Assembly: GCA_963720565.1 (NCBI GenBank)
Contig: CAVRFW010000007.1
Location: 32,001 to 96,000 of the forward strand
Length of the DNA stretch: 64,000 nt
Reading direction: 5' to 3'
Origin: Candidatus Bathyarchaeota archaeon
Lineage (GTDB): Archaea > Thermoproteota > Bathyarchaeia > Bathyarchaeales > Bathycorpusculaceae
Shown here one piece after another: positions 1 to 10,609 of this stretch. Within the stretch, counting starts at the first letter, position 1. Each line of letters begins with the position of its first letter. Both the position numbers and the translations under genes were made by a program. The notes under the pieces were generated by a model. The model did no database searches. It worked only from the letters and a program-made list of their open reading frames with translations, and had not been told where the DNA came from.

Positions 1-1803
1 TGCTATGTGTAGACAAGACGGGCACGATTACGAGTGGAGAGATGATGGTGAAGAAACTCTGGGCTGCAGGCAAGATTTTTGAAGTCATTGGCGACGGATA
101 TAGTCCAGATGGCCACATCACCTTCAACGGCAGAAAGATCGATCGCAGTGAGAACTCAGCCGTCTCTAAGCTTTTGGAGGTTAGTGCTTTCTGCAACAAT
201 GCCAAGCTGAACGCTCCTTCGGACAGAATTGGCAGATGGACGGTTTTGGGAGATCACACTGATGGAGCTTTTCTCGTGTTCGCGGGAAAGGGGGATTTCA
301 ACGTTAGCAAAGCTCTAGCGGAGAATCAAAGAGTTAACCTGATTCCTTTTGATTCCAAGAGGCGAATGATGACGAGTATTCACAGAGATCCGAAGGGAGA
401 GTCAACCGCGTTCACCAAGGGTGCTGGCTCGGAAGTTCTCAAACGATGTACCCGTGTTTTCTATGACAATGAATACATCCTTCTGACAGACGAGACCAAG
501 AAGGCCATAAAAAAACAGATGAACGATTTTGCTTCAGAGGGCTTTCGAGTTCTCGCAATGGCAAAAAAGACTTTCTCAAATGAACCTGAAAACCTATCCC
601 AAGATGTCGAAGAAAACATGACCTTTCTGGGTTTGGCAGCATTGCTGGATCCGCCTAGACCAAAGGTAGAAGCAGCGGTTCAAGAAGCCAAGAATGCAGG
701 TGTAAGAGTCATTATGCTGACCGGTGATCACGAGCTTACTGCCTATTCCATAGCAAAAAAAGTGGGCATCATAACAGCAGAGGACCAGAAAGTCTTCACT
801 GGAAAAGAAATCAGCCAGATGAATGACAAACACTTGACAGACATCCTTGTTAGAGGCGAGTCCGTGTTTGCGAGGATAGCACCCGAACAGAAGCTGAGGA
901 TAGTACACGTCCTGAAATCCATGGGTGAAGTAGTGGCAGTGACAGGAGATGGCGTGAATGACTCCCCCGCGCTTACGGAAGCAAACGTTGGCATAGCAAT
1001 GGGAGCAGGTGGAACCGACGTGGCACGAGAATCCGCCGACTTAATCCTCCTAGACAATGATTTTACATCGATAGTCGAAGGGATTAGGTTGGGAAGGTCA
1101 ACGTTCGACAACCTGAGGAAATTCGTCTCCTATGTCTACACTCACAACTGGGCTGAACTAGTCGCGTTCCTCGTCTTTGTACTGCTTAAAACTCCGCTTC
1201 CGCTGCTTGTGATCCAGGTGCTAGCGATAGACCTCGCGATGGATGTACTCCCTTCCCTTGCCCTGATATTGGAGCCTCCTGAACCCGATGTTATGATGAA
1301 ACCTCCGCGGAAGACGGACACGAGACTGATCAATGTTTCGACTCTGCTCAGGGGTCTCTACATAGGCGTGTTCGCAGCGGTTGTTGCGATCTACTTGGCC
1401 TTCAATGTTTGGGGGAGTTCAGGGTGGGTGTTGGGCCAGAGCACCGTGAGTGATGCAGTGATATACGCTAGAGGTACGACGGTTGTCATGACGGGAATAA
1501 TGGTGGGACAGCTTGGGAACCTCTTTTCCGCACGAACGAGTTCAATATCAGCATTTAAGCTGAACCTGTTTAGAAACCGATGGATTCTTCCTGGCGTACT
1601 GGCTACGTTCGCTATATTGGCAGCAATAGTGTATGTACCTTTCTTCCAGCCGTTATTCGGCACTGCCCCACTGCTTCCGCATGGACCTACTTTTCCTTCT
1701 TCTAATAGCTCCCGCGGTTCTTGTGATGGAGGAGCTAAGAAAGATGCTGAAACGTAAACTGTTACCTGTGTCGTGCGCCAACCTTCAAATACCCAATCAA
1801 TGA
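1..1803 (+). CDS. Cation-transporting P-type ATPase (type II, Ca2+-like), 5' partial, with a frameshift near 1680
   Basis: DKTGT is encoded at 12-26 in frame with ORF 42..1757; KGA, DPPR, TGD and GDGVND motifs are present. The last TM helix (MDLLFLLLIAPAVLVMEELRK) is in another frame, 1681..1803. Confidence 0.92.
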
Positions 1804-2018
1804 AAAAAGTGGAGAGCGCACAAGGTGCTGAGGCAAAAGAGCACGTTGTTGATTTTTGATTTTCATGCAGTTTCAATTAAACATTTGTCCAGTATTATAA
1901 GAGAAAGACTTTTATTCGGTTAGAATATAACTAACTAAAAGAACACATAGCCACAATATTAGGAGTATATTGCAAAAATGATGAGTTTTAAGTTCGAATT
2001 GGTCCGCGGCGATTCCCC

Positions 2019-2687
2019 ATGAAGGTCGCAGCCTTATGGACTGGAGGAAAAGACTCCTCTTTAGCCTGCTACAAAGCCTTGAAAGAAAAATTTGATGTAG
2101 CCTTCGTCATGACCTTCATCTGGGATCAACCACCACCATCACATCCTTTACCCATGATCAAACTTCAATCCGAAGCTCTCCAAATCCCATTCTATTGGCA
2201 AAGAGCATCCCCCCCATATTTCAAAGACTACAAACAAGCCATCCTGGAACTCAAAGAAGACTACGGTATCGAAGGAGTCGTTACCGGCGACATTTCCCGC
2301 GTCGACAGCTTCCATGGCAACTGGATAGACGACGTCTGCAAAGGCACAGGCATCAAAGTAATCAAACCGCTCTGGGAACTAGAGCGCCTTAGAATAGTTG
2401 AAGATCTTTTAAGAAGCGGTTTCAAAGTCATCTTCACCTGCGTCAAAAAACCTTGGTTTAATGAAGATTGGCTGGGAAGAGAAATCGATTCTCAAACCGT
2501 TGAAGAACTAAAAGTTCTCAGCAAAGAAACTGGGATGGACATCTGCGGCGAGAATGGGGAATATCATACAATGACTGTGGACGCGCCCTTCTATAAGAAA
2601 ACCATCAACGTTTCCAAGTTTGAGACGGAAAAAATAAACAATTCATACATCATGAAACCTGTGGATCTTTCACTTACTCAGAAATGA
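2019..2687 (+). CDS. Diphthine--ammonia ligase (Dph6) family ATP pyrophosphatase
   Basis: PP-loop TGGKDS, VVTGDI, and DICGENGEYHT motif. Confidence 0.85.
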   Translation: MKVAALWTGGKDSSLACYKALKEKFDVAFVMTFIWDQPPPSHPLPMIKLQSEALQIPFYWQRASPPYFKDYKQAILELKEDYGIEGVVTGDISRVDSFHGNWIDDVCKGTGIKVIKPLWELERLRIVEDLLRSGFKVIFTCVKKPWFNEDWLGREIDSQTVEELKVLSKETGMDICGENGEYHTMTVDAPFYKKTINVSKFETEKINNSYIMKPVDLSLTQK

Positions 2688-2709
2688 AAGGAGGTGAAGA
2701 CGACTGCAA

Positions 2710-2958
2710 ATGGAAAGTTGTAGGGACTGCGCAAACTTCGAAGATCGCAGGGACAAAGAAGGAGTCGCGCTTTGTGCCATGCACCACGGGCCATCGGTGT
2801 GCTGCCAAGAGTTCAAGCCTAGAAACGCAAGCGTGAACCCAGACAACGTTCATGAGCGATTTTGCCTTAACTGCGCCAACTATGATATAGTAGCAGGCGT
2901 CCCCGTCTGCGCCAGGGACCACAGACCTGGGCGTGCTTGCGGTGCTTTCAGAAGCTGA
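2710..2958 (+). CDS. Small Cys-rich putative metal-binding protein with two internal repeats
   Basis: CxxCAN(F/Y)...C..H....C..F occurs twice; strong RBS GGAGGTGA upstream. Confidence 0.7.
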   Translation: MESCRDCANFEDRRDKEGVALCAMHHGPSVCCQEFKPRNASVNPDNVHERFCLNCANYDIVAGVPVCARDHRPGRACGAFRS

Positions 2959-3077
2959 ATAGAGAAAATAGTCGCTTCGTCATAACACATGTTTGCACAG
3001 TCAGACGATGACGGGCGAGGGTTATGCGTCTCGGTCGGTGGGAAGGGTTAGTGTGCGCTTCCGCGGTAATGCTGTTT

Positions 3078-3587
3078 TTAGGAAGTTTCGTAGCCTGCTG
3101 CCTTAAGCTCCTTGAGTATTTCCGCTCTAATCTCATCCAATGAATCTTTAAAACTCAGGTAAACGATGCCCTGCATATCCGAAGGTTGTTCAACGGGTTT
3201 CTTGAGCAAACAGGCAATCCTGTTACGACCCAGCTTTCCCACAAAAAACCCGAATTCAAGAATCACGTTCTGTCTGGGGCGGGGATAGGCGGTTTTCAAA
3301 AACTTTCTAAGCCTCTGAGGCCTCGACCAAATGCTACCCATTTCAACAAAACCGCCTAAGTCGTCAGGAGTTAGAATGACAAATACGAAACCGACATCCG
3401 AGTAAGCCTCAAGCTTCTCGATCACCGTCTTGCCTCCGCTTGGCTGTTCGCTGAGAACGACAGGTGTTAGACCAAAATCAACAAGCATAGTCTTGAGCTC
3501 ATTTAACGGCTTCAGGTCTTTTCCGTGAGCAATAAAAATCTCTTTCTTCAGAGCTATCGACTTTTTTGGGTCGGTTTCACTTTGCAT
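3078..3587 (-). CDS. Stand-alone TIR-like nucleotide-binding domain protein (PF10137 / CAP12-like TIR)
   Basis: IFIAHGKD, TVIEKLE, ILTPDD and RQNVILEFGFFVGKLGR motifs. Confidence 0.85.
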   Translation of the reverse strand: MQSETDPKKSIALKKEIFIAHGKDLKPLNELKTMLVDFGLTPVVLSEQPSGGKTVIEKLEAYSDVGFVFVILTPDDLGGFVEMGSIWSRPQRLRKFLKTAYPRPRQNVILEFGFFVGKLGRNRIACLLKKPVEQPSDMQGIVYLSFKDSLDEIRAEILKELKAAGYETS

Positions 3588-3805
3588 TTTGACACCTTCT
3601 CGATAAGACTTGTATTCACTAGTTATGTCAAATTCAAAATTTAAGCCCTAAGTACGCCCGGTTAAGCCCGGAGCTTCCCAAGGAGGAACACGCGCTACTT
3701 CAAGAAACGGGCAAACCAAACAGGTCTAAAGATTTTAGCTAGACTAAAACCTCAACGAACTGGAAAAGAAAAAAATGGAGAAGCAAATGTACTTGCGCCG
3801 AGGTT

Positions 3806-3856
3806 TTACGCTTTCTTTGCCGGAGCCTTCTTCTTTGCTGCTTTCTTCTTAGCCAC
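3806..3856 (-). CDS. 16-aa Lys/Ala-rich micropeptide MAKKKAAKKKAPAKKA (histone H1/tail-like); not in the ORF track
   Basis: GTG start, GAGG RBS, TTTTATATA box about 40 nt upstream and a T-tract downstream; composition is only K, A and P after the start. Confidence 0.6.
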   Translation of the reverse strand: MAKKKAAKKKAPAKKA

Positions 3857-4116
3857 TTGTATAGCCTCGGGATTTTATGTATGATAATAATTTGTATATA
3901 AAATTTGCTAAAGCCTGGCGTTTCATATTGTGCCTCTTTAATCGAAATCTAAAGGGCTAAACCATGAAATCTCTAAAAGAGTCTGTTTTTCGATTTTTTG
4001 CCTTGGAAAAACCATTCAGAAGTTGTAGAGGCAGAAATTGTTAATTGTGTAGGCGGAATGTAAAATACAAAGGTTAATATTGCCTTAAAAAGAAAAAGAG
4101 GTGTGGAGAAGTCAAT

Positions 4117-4338
4117 ATGGTCGAATCAGAAATTGCTGTAGCAACCATGCACAGATTATGCAAAAAAGCTGGTGCTGAAAGAGTGAGCGAAGCAGCAGCA
4201 AAGGAACTTGCAAAGGCACTTGAAGAAATTGGCGTAAAGATTGCTAGAGAAGCACTTGATTATGCTATGCATGCCGGAAGAAAAACCATCAAAACGGAAG
4301 ATATCGAGATCGCCACTAGAAAAGTCATGGAAAAATAG
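4117..4338 (+). CDS. Archaeal histone (HMf-like histone fold, no tail)
   Basis: AGAERVS...A.HAGRKTIKTEDI signature, 73 aa. Confidence 0.95.
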   Translation: MVESEIAVATMHRLCKKAGAERVSEAAAKELAKALEEIGVKIAREALDYAMHAGRKTIKTEDIEIATRKVMEK

Positions 4339-4420
4339 TTGTCAAATAATTCAATCTCGTTCTTCGACTATTTCTACAGAGAACCATTCTAGCCAAGTGA
4401 TGTGATAAAAAGGTCTGCGC

Positions 4421-4510
4421 GGGTGGCTTGGGTTTGCTGGTTTACCTCAAGAAACCCCAGAGGGATGGGAGTCTAGGAAGAAAACAGCGTTAACACTATT
4501 AATCATAGCG
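4421..4510 (+). pseudogene. Orphan relic junction: CTERM-tail DNA (motif C) joined to a decayed signal-peptide head
   Basis: ggcttgggtttgctggtttacctcaagaaac...gatgggagtctaggaagaaaacagcgtta matches the intact junction at 39971-40050, but ATG is replaced by AGG and there is no gene body. Confidence 0.7.
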
Positions 4511-4609
4511 TGCATTAGATGTTGAAGTTGAAATGACTAAAGCTGTTCGGATGCTTTTGGGTTTATCATTAATTATGGCACGTGCGCCATCACGAGAGGG
4601 AACGTCAAA

Positions 4610-5815
4610 TTGAAGAGAATTCTGTTTGTAAGCGGTTCGCTCGGTTTGGGGCACGTTGGAAGAGACATCGAAATCGCGAAGGAACTCAGAAAGCTTCGCA
4701 ACGACGTTGAAATCTATTGGATGGCTGAATCCCCCGCTTCAGAAGTGCTCGAAAAAGCAGCAGAAAGACTCTTGCCAGAAGCCAGCCAGCTATACTCATC
4801 GAATTTTGAGCTGGAAAAATCCACCAAGGAATACAAAGCCAACCTCGTCCGATGGGTAAAAAACATGCAAAAGGGCTGGACCAAGAACACCGAAGTCTAC
4901 GCCAAGATATCTGAAACTTATGATTTTGACCTCTGGATAGGTGACGAACCCTACGACATCATGATTGCCTATGAAAAGAATCCGAGCCTAAAGAAATGCC
5001 CCTTTGTGGTTATCAACGACTGTGTAGGATTAGACACAAACACATGGAATCCCGTCGAACACCTCATAGTCAGCATGACGAACAAAGCGTGGCTGAACTT
5101 CCTGAGAAGCGAACCACCACTCGCTGAATTGAACATCATCATAGGAGAACCGGAAGACGTCCCGGACAAAAACTTCGGCTTCATGCGCCCCAACCGCCGC
5201 AGAATCGCTGAAAAATTCGCGAAATTCGTCGGCTACGTCCTTCCAGAAGACATTGAAGAATTCAAAGACAAAGCTTACGCGCGCAAACTTCTAAACTACG
5301 GAAACGAACCATTAATTCTGTGTTCCATAGGCGGTACAGCAGCGGGAAAAGACCTTCTCGATCTATGCATCGCCGCTTACCCAGCCATGAAGGAAAGAAT
5401 CCCAGAACTCCAGATGATCCTGGTTTGCGGACCACGCCTGGCGCCGGATTTCGTCAAAGCCCCAGAAGGCTTGAAAATTGTTGGCTATCTACCTGACCTT
5501 TACAGGCACCTAGGCGCAGCCGACCTTTCCATCGTAACAGGGGGCGGTACGGTAACACTTGAGCTGACCGCTCTCGAAAGACCTTTCCTGTACTTTCCTC
5601 TCAGAGACCATGCTGAGCAGCAGTTTGCCGTAGCTCCAAGATGTAAGCGTCACAACGCCGGCGTCAGGATGGATTACTCAAAAACCACTCCTGAACTACT
5701 CGCCGAGACCGTGTTGTCCAACATCGGCAAACGAGTGGAATATCCTAAGCTTCCGACAAAAGGAGAACAAGAAGCCGCGCGACTGATCGATCAGATTCTC
5801 AGCGGGAAAGTCTGA
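4610..5815 (+). CDS. GT-B glycosyltransferase (GT28/MurG-like C-terminal domain)
   Basis: GLGHVGR N-terminal motif, SIGG, ADLSIVTGGGT..E and EQ motifs. Confidence 0.8.
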   Translation: MKRILFVSGSLGLGHVGRDIEIAKELRKLRNDVEIYWMAESPASEVLEKAAERLLPEASQLYSSNFELEKSTKEYKANLVRWVKNMQKGWTKNTEVYAKISETYDFDLWIGDEPYDIMIAYEKNPSLKKCPFVVINDCVGLDTNTWNPVEHLIVSMTNKAWLNFLRSEPPLAELNIIIGEPEDVPDKNFGFMRPNRRRIAEKFAKFVGYVLPEDIEEFKDKAYARKLLNYGNEPLILCSIGGTAAGKDLLDLCIAAYPAMKERIPELQMILVCGPRLAPDFVKAPEGLKIVGYLPDLYRHLGAADLSIVTGGGTVTLELTALERPFLYFPLRDHAEQQFAVAPRCKRHNAGVRMDYSKTTPELLAETVLSNIGKRVEYPKLPTKGEQEAARLIDQILSGKV

Positions 5816-5878
5816 ACTTGGCGCGCAATGACCCAAAAATAGAGAAAAAAGATTTAGTCAGCTTCCTTTGATCTTCCT

Positions 5879-6322
5879 CTACGCCTCAAGAGTTTGCTTT
5901 AAGTTTTCCAGCATTCCTTCCATGAATTTTTCGGTGTCTTTGCTGTACTTCACCTTGTCAACAAGCTTTCCCAAAATGGAGTAAGGCACTTCGTATTCAT
6001 CTTTGTATGTTAGTTTGGTTCCCACAGGAGTCGGTTCAAAGAGACCAGTTATCGTCATGTTGAGTTTGCTGTCTTTGACTGTTCGCATAACAATCTTCTT
6101 GTTCTTCTCAAATTCAATTATCTCTTCGTCCCATTCGCCCTTTATCTTAAATTCTTCTTTCGGCGTCCAATGCGAAACCGAGCCAACTCCAATAGGTCCT
6201 TCTGAGATCCATTTCCCCTCCAACCATCTTCCCCACACATCATTCATCTTGTCGCTTAACATGAAGGCGAAAACCTTCTCAGGAGGCGCCTTGATATTGA
6301 CAGTCTTAGTTATCCTTGCCAC
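5879..6322 (-). CDS. SRPBCC (polyketide cyclase/START) family protein
   Basis: ITKTVNIKAPPEKVFAF...GPIGVGS; GTG start after GGAGGTGA. Confidence 0.8.
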   Translation of the reverse strand: MARITKTVNIKAPPEKVFAFMLSDKMNDVWGRWLEGKWISEGPIGVGSVSHWTPKEEFKIKGEWDEEIIEFEKNKKIVMRTVKDSKLNMTITGLFEPTPVGTKLTYKDEYEVPYSILGKLVDKVKYSKDTEKFMEGMLENLKQTLEA

Positions 6323-6789
6323 ACAATCACCTCCTTCCGTTTCTTTTGCGCCAGATAATCGTTGCAAGCTTTGAAACCGAGTTGCATGACTTCCGAATGC
6401 GCTTTTGCCGTGTCTACGAAAGGAACGATAAAACGGAACAATAGCTTCTTGGGTCTAACGGTAAACCGAAACCTCGTATTCGTTTTTTCATCTCTCGGTA
6501 CAAACGTGTATACTCCAGTCCCCACAAAATCACCTGCATATTCTAGTTCTATCAACTTGTCCTCCACCAGCTTCGTAATCTTGGCGGAACACTTGAGACT
6601 AGTTCTGCTCTCCGGATTGATGGTTGCGTCAAAGACTGCCCCCTCACGAGCGATTGAACCCATAGGATTGAATCTGATATGTGGCATCCACCATTTTGTG
6701 ACCCCGAAGAGCTCGTTCAAGAAAGCAGTATAGACCGCCATTGGTGGGCTGTCAATAACTGCTTCGTCAGTGACGTCAATTTTGGCCAT
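6310..6789 (-). CDS. SRPBCC family protein
   Basis: IDSPPMAVY...WWMP pattern; overlaps the downstream SRPBCC gene. Confidence 0.7.
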   Translation of the reverse strand: MAKIDVTDEAVIDSPPMAVYTAFLNELFGVTKWWMPHIRFNPMGSIAREGAVFDATINPESRTSLKCSAKITKLVEDKLIELEYAGDFVGTGVYTFVPRDEKTNTRFRFTVRPKKLLFRFIVPFVDTAKAHSEVMQLGFKACNDYLAQKKRKEVIVWQG

Positions 6790-7000
6790 AAACGCTCACT
6801 GCACCTACCTGCTCAAGATGTTCTTTCCAATTGGCCATCGAATCCGTAGATTTTTGAACTTTCTCGATTCGAACCATAAACCTCGCCATGAGTAATCTAT
6901 CCTTGCAGACGAGAGATAAAATCTCCTAAGAAGCGTTTATGAAAAATAATAGTTCGCTATAAATGCCATGATTGTGAGAATAGGCGGTTACGCACCACTT

Positions 7001-7768
7001 CTATTCCCGTTTGGCTCTTCCCCAATAGTGCAAGAACAGTGATTTAGCCCAGTTGACCGCAATTTTGTCCTGCGACTTAAACGACCCATAGTCAAAAATG
7101 CCTTCCAAATTCTCGAAGCCTATTCCGGCAAGTTCCTTCTCCGATAGGAACATGAAGACGCCGATAGTGTCCAAGTACCTGCTCTCCGCCTTCTTTGCTC
7201 TGGCGGCACGATCAAAAGCAGGGTTGTTTGCCAACTCCAAAATGGCTGGGGGAATTGATGCAGTCTTAGGCATCAGTTTTCTAACCTCTACACCACGGGC
7301 AATGGCTTCAAGGAAGAGTGGCAAGGAACTGGGAAGAATCTGGTCGACGATGATCCACATGAACTCTTGAGCTTCCTTCACCGCGTTTTCTGCGTTGAAT
7401 AACATTTCTGTGACACCGTTAACATATTCACTCTTATGTAAGGCACCTATGCTTGCGGCGAATTCTGTAGGCAAAGCTGAGATTCTGTGTGTTTTGAAGT
7501 ACTTCTTGTGTTTGGAAATGAACGCAAAGCTTGGAATAAACTGCAGAGCTGCTTCTCCTACGGGCGTCAGATGAAAAAAGCCGTCCGCATCTTTTGCGAT
7601 GAGGTCTGATTCGGTCAGCCGCGCCATGTTTCTCGCAGTTTCAGGAACGGTGAAGTTGAATCTTTCAGACACGCGAGAAAGTCTAATGGGGCTCTTTTTT
7701 ATTTCTCTGAGAATGTTGAGTCGATCCTCGTTTGAAAGTTCAAAAAAAAGAGCACAGAGTTCTGCCAT
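7001..7768 (-). CDS. ArsR-like winged-HTH regulator with C-terminal sensory domain
   Basis: LFFELSNEDRLNIL...ETARN..RL HTH; paralog of the adjacent gene. Confidence 0.8.
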   Translation of the reverse strand: MAELCALFFELSNEDRLNILREIKKSPIRLSRVSERFNFTVPETARNMARLTESDLIAKDADGFFHLTPVGEAALQFIPSFAFISKHKKYFKTHRISALPTEFAASIGALHKSEYVNGVTEMLFNAENAVKEAQEFMWIIVDQILPSSLPLFLEAIARGVEVRKLMPKTASIPPAILELANNPAFDRAARAKKAESRYLDTIGVFMFLSEKELAGIGFENLEGIFDYGSFKSQDKIAVNWAKSLFLHYWGRAKRE

Positions 7769-7923
7769 TTCTCAGATTACCTTTTGCCACTGGTTGTTTT
7801 TTGAAATTGCCAATACTGTAGTTTATAGTTGACTATTGTATTTCATATTTTCTGTTCGGAAGTTCAATGTTGAGTCTATAGCAGGCGCAGGTTTCTTTGT
7901 CTTCTGATTAGTCTTAGTGCGTG

Positions 7924-8688
7924 CTATCGTTTTGTTTTATCCCAATAGTACGAGAACAAAGATTTTGACCATTTGTGTACGACTTCGTCTTTGGACGTAA
8001 ATCCAAGATAGTCAAATCTTCCATTCGTTTCCGGAAAACAGAGCGTTGCAACTTCCTTTTCAGAAAGAAAAATAGCCACCTCAATTCTTTCAGCATATCT
8101 GCTTTCGAACTTCTTATCTCGTGCAGCGCGATCGAATACGGGATCATTGGCCATTGCAAGAATATCGTCTGGAATACTGGCGTTTCTAGGCAATAGTTTC
8201 TTGAAGGCAACTCCGCGTTTAACCGCTTCAACAGCTATGGGCAGTCCGCTCGCGAGAAGCTGATCAGCAACAAACCAATAGTATTCTTCAGCTTCGCTCA
8301 TCACTCTTTCAATGTTGCGCATAGTTGTCGTCACTTCACTGACTATTTTGCATTTCTCAAGGCTACCCAAACTCACCGAGAACTCGTGAGGTAACTTGGA
8401 TAGAGAATGAGTCAGGAAGTAACTTCTATTCTTGGAAAGAAATTCAAAGCCCGGAAGCAACTCCAAGGCTTCCTCCCCCATGGGAGTCAAATGATAAAAG
8501 CCGCCCGAATCCTTGGCAATCAGGTCTTCCTCGTTGAGTCTCGAAATGTTTCGCGCGGTTTCTGGCACAGTGAAACCAAACTTTTCGGAAATGCGAGAAA
8601 GCCTCATCGGATTCTTCTTGAGCTCACGAAGTATGTTGAGGCGATCCTCATTTGAAAGCTCAAACAAGAGACCGCCCAAGTCTTTCAA
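7924..8688 (-). CDS. ArsR-like winged-HTH regulator, tandem paralog
   Basis: Colinear with 7001..7768 over its full length. Confidence 0.8.
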   Translation of the reverse strand: MKDLGGLLFELSNEDRLNILRELKKNPMRLSRISEKFGFTVPETARNISRLNEEDLIAKDSGGFYHLTPMGEEALELLPGFEFLSKNRSYFLTHSLSKLPHEFSVSLGSLEKCKIVSEVTTTMRNIERVMSEAEEYYWFVADQLLASGLPIAVEAVKRGVAFKKLLPRNASIPDDILAMANDPVFDRAARDKKFESRYAERIEVAIFLSEKEVATLCFPETNGRFDYLGFTSKDEVVHKWSKSLFSYYWDKTKR

Positions 8689-8836
8689 CTTTCAGACCAT
8701 CCTCCCTTGCTTGAACACATACTGAAGTACCCCGTTCTTGATGTACATCGCTTAATAGTTGATTATTATATTTCATATTTTCTGTTTAGAACATCTTATC
8801 TTCTTTTTTTGCCTCACTTATATTTTGGCGAAGCAT

Positions 8837-10522
8837 ATGGAATCAGCAAAATACGATGCAATCATCATCGGTTCAGGCCTTGGAGGCTTGTCGTGTGGCG
8901 CCTACCTCGCTAAAAACGGCTTGAAAGTACTGATTCTTGAAAAGCACACCACCCCCGGAGGATATGCCACTAGCTTCAGAAGAGGCGTTTACACTTTTGA
9001 CTCAACTCTTCACATGATCGCTGGCGTAGGCAAAGGGCAAGACATGTATAGATTCTTAGAATGGTGCGGAGTCGCAGACGAGATAGAATTTCTCAAGCTC
9101 AAACATTTTGCTAGACTAGTCTTTCCAGACCACGATCTGCGAGTGCCAAACGGAAACCTGGAAGAAGTCACAGTGCTCTTGGAAACGAGTTTTCCAAACG
9201 AAAAAGGAATCAGACCTCTTCTCAGGGAAATGACCAAAATTCATGATGACACGCGCAGATTCGTACTCTCGGAGGCACCGATGTGGCAACAGTTACCCAT
9301 CTTTCCATTCAAGTACAGATCACTTTTTCGGATGCTCAAAAAGACAGCCAAACAACTCCTCGATAAACACATCAAGGATTACAAGCTGAAAGCCATTCTA
9401 TTGGCAAACTATGGTTTCTTCGGCTTACCACCAAGCAGATTGAACGCGCTCTCGGTATACGCCAACATCACTTACTGGACTGACGGTGCGTACTACCCCA
9501 AAGGCGGAAATCAAACAATACCTAACGCGTTTGCAGAATTCATCAAACGCAACAAAGGAGAAATTTACCTCAACTCACAAGTCACCTCAATCATAACCGA
9601 GAAAAACCAAGCTATAGGTGTCAGGACAAGAAAAGGAGAAGAATTCTTCGCCGAAAACATAATCTCCAACGCCAGCGCCCCCGAAACATTCCACACCCTC
9701 ATAGGAGACCGAAGACTACCCACCAAATTCCTCGAAAAAATGAAAGGAATGGAACCTTCCACCTCAGGATTCATGGTCTATCTTGGGTTAGATGAGGAGT
9801 TCAAAGCTAAACTGAACAATACAGAGGACTACGAAATCTTCGTCTCAGAAACCTATGACCAAGACACAGACTACGAATGGATAAGTCAATGTGAGACAGA
9901 GAAAGCTAGCTATTTCATAACACTACATTCCAACGTTGACGAATCATTAAGCCCAGCCAACAGATTTGTACTGTCCTTGACTCAGGGTCAACCGTACAGC
10001 CACTGGAAGAAATTCGAAACCGACTACAAAACGGGCAAAAAAGACGAATACAACAAAGAAAAAGACAGACTCGCAGGGATACTCATCAAGAGAGCCGAAA
10101 AAATAATCAGCGGATTATCAAGACACATCGAAGTCATAGAATCAGCAACCCCCCTAACCCTGGAAAGATACACGGGCAACTTCAACGGCGCATTCTACGG
10201 ATGGGCTAACACCACAACTCAATTTACACCTATGGATAGAATGGTCAATAATCCAATCAAGCATCTGCACCTAAGCTCAGCCTGGACGTTTCCAGGAGAA
10301 GGTCAGGCAACAACCATAGCCTGCGGATATAGAACAGCCAGGCATATAATCGGAAGAAAGAAAGGGAAGTATAGGAAGGCTTTGAAACTTTCATTTGTCA
10401 TCATAGCAGTCGCAGTAATTGCCACGCTTTCTCTTCTGCTAGTAAGCTGCAAGAAGTTGTTCATGTCTTACCTGCCAAAATATCCTTGTTGCGACACAAG
10501 AAGGTTAACAAAGTTTTTCTAG
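8837..10522 (+). CDS. Phytoene desaturase / retinol saturase-like FAD-dependent oxidoreductase
   Basis: GSGLGG FAD motif, EKH..PGGY, YYPKGG and ATPLT..RYT..GAFYG; C-terminal hydrophobic extension. Confidence 0.82.
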   Translation: MESAKYDAIIIGSGLGGLSCGAYLAKNGLKVLILEKHTTPGGYATSFRRGVYTFDSTLHMIAGVGKGQDMYRFLEWCGVADEIEFLKLKHFARLVFPDHDLRVPNGNLEEVTVLLETSFPNEKGIRPLLREMTKIHDDTRRFVLSEAPMWQQLPIFPFKYRSLFRMLKKTAKQLLDKHIKDYKLKAILLANYGFFGLPPSRLNALSVYANITYWTDGAYYPKGGNQTIPNAFAEFIKRNKGEIYLNSQVTSIITEKNQAIGVRTRKGEEFFAENIISNASAPETFHTLIGDRRLPTKFLEKMKGMEPSTSGFMVYLGLDEEFKAKLNNTEDYEIFVSETYDQDTDYEWISQCETEKASYFITLHSNVDESLSPANRFVLSLTQGQPYSHWKKFETDYKTGKKDEYNKEKDRLAGILIKRAEKIISGLSRHIEVIESATPLTLERYTGNFNGAFYGWANTTTQFTPMDRMVNNPIKHLHLSSAWTFPGEGQATTIACGYRTARHIIGRKKGKYRKALKLSFVIIAVAVIATLSLLLVSCKKLFMSYLPKYPCCDTRRLTKFF

Positions 10523-10609
10523 CACGTCAATTAGTACAGAAAAGGAAATTACAGAGGCGCTTCTAAGAGTCTGACGATAGTTACAGAAAATGCGTGGAAG
10601 GTGTCGAGA

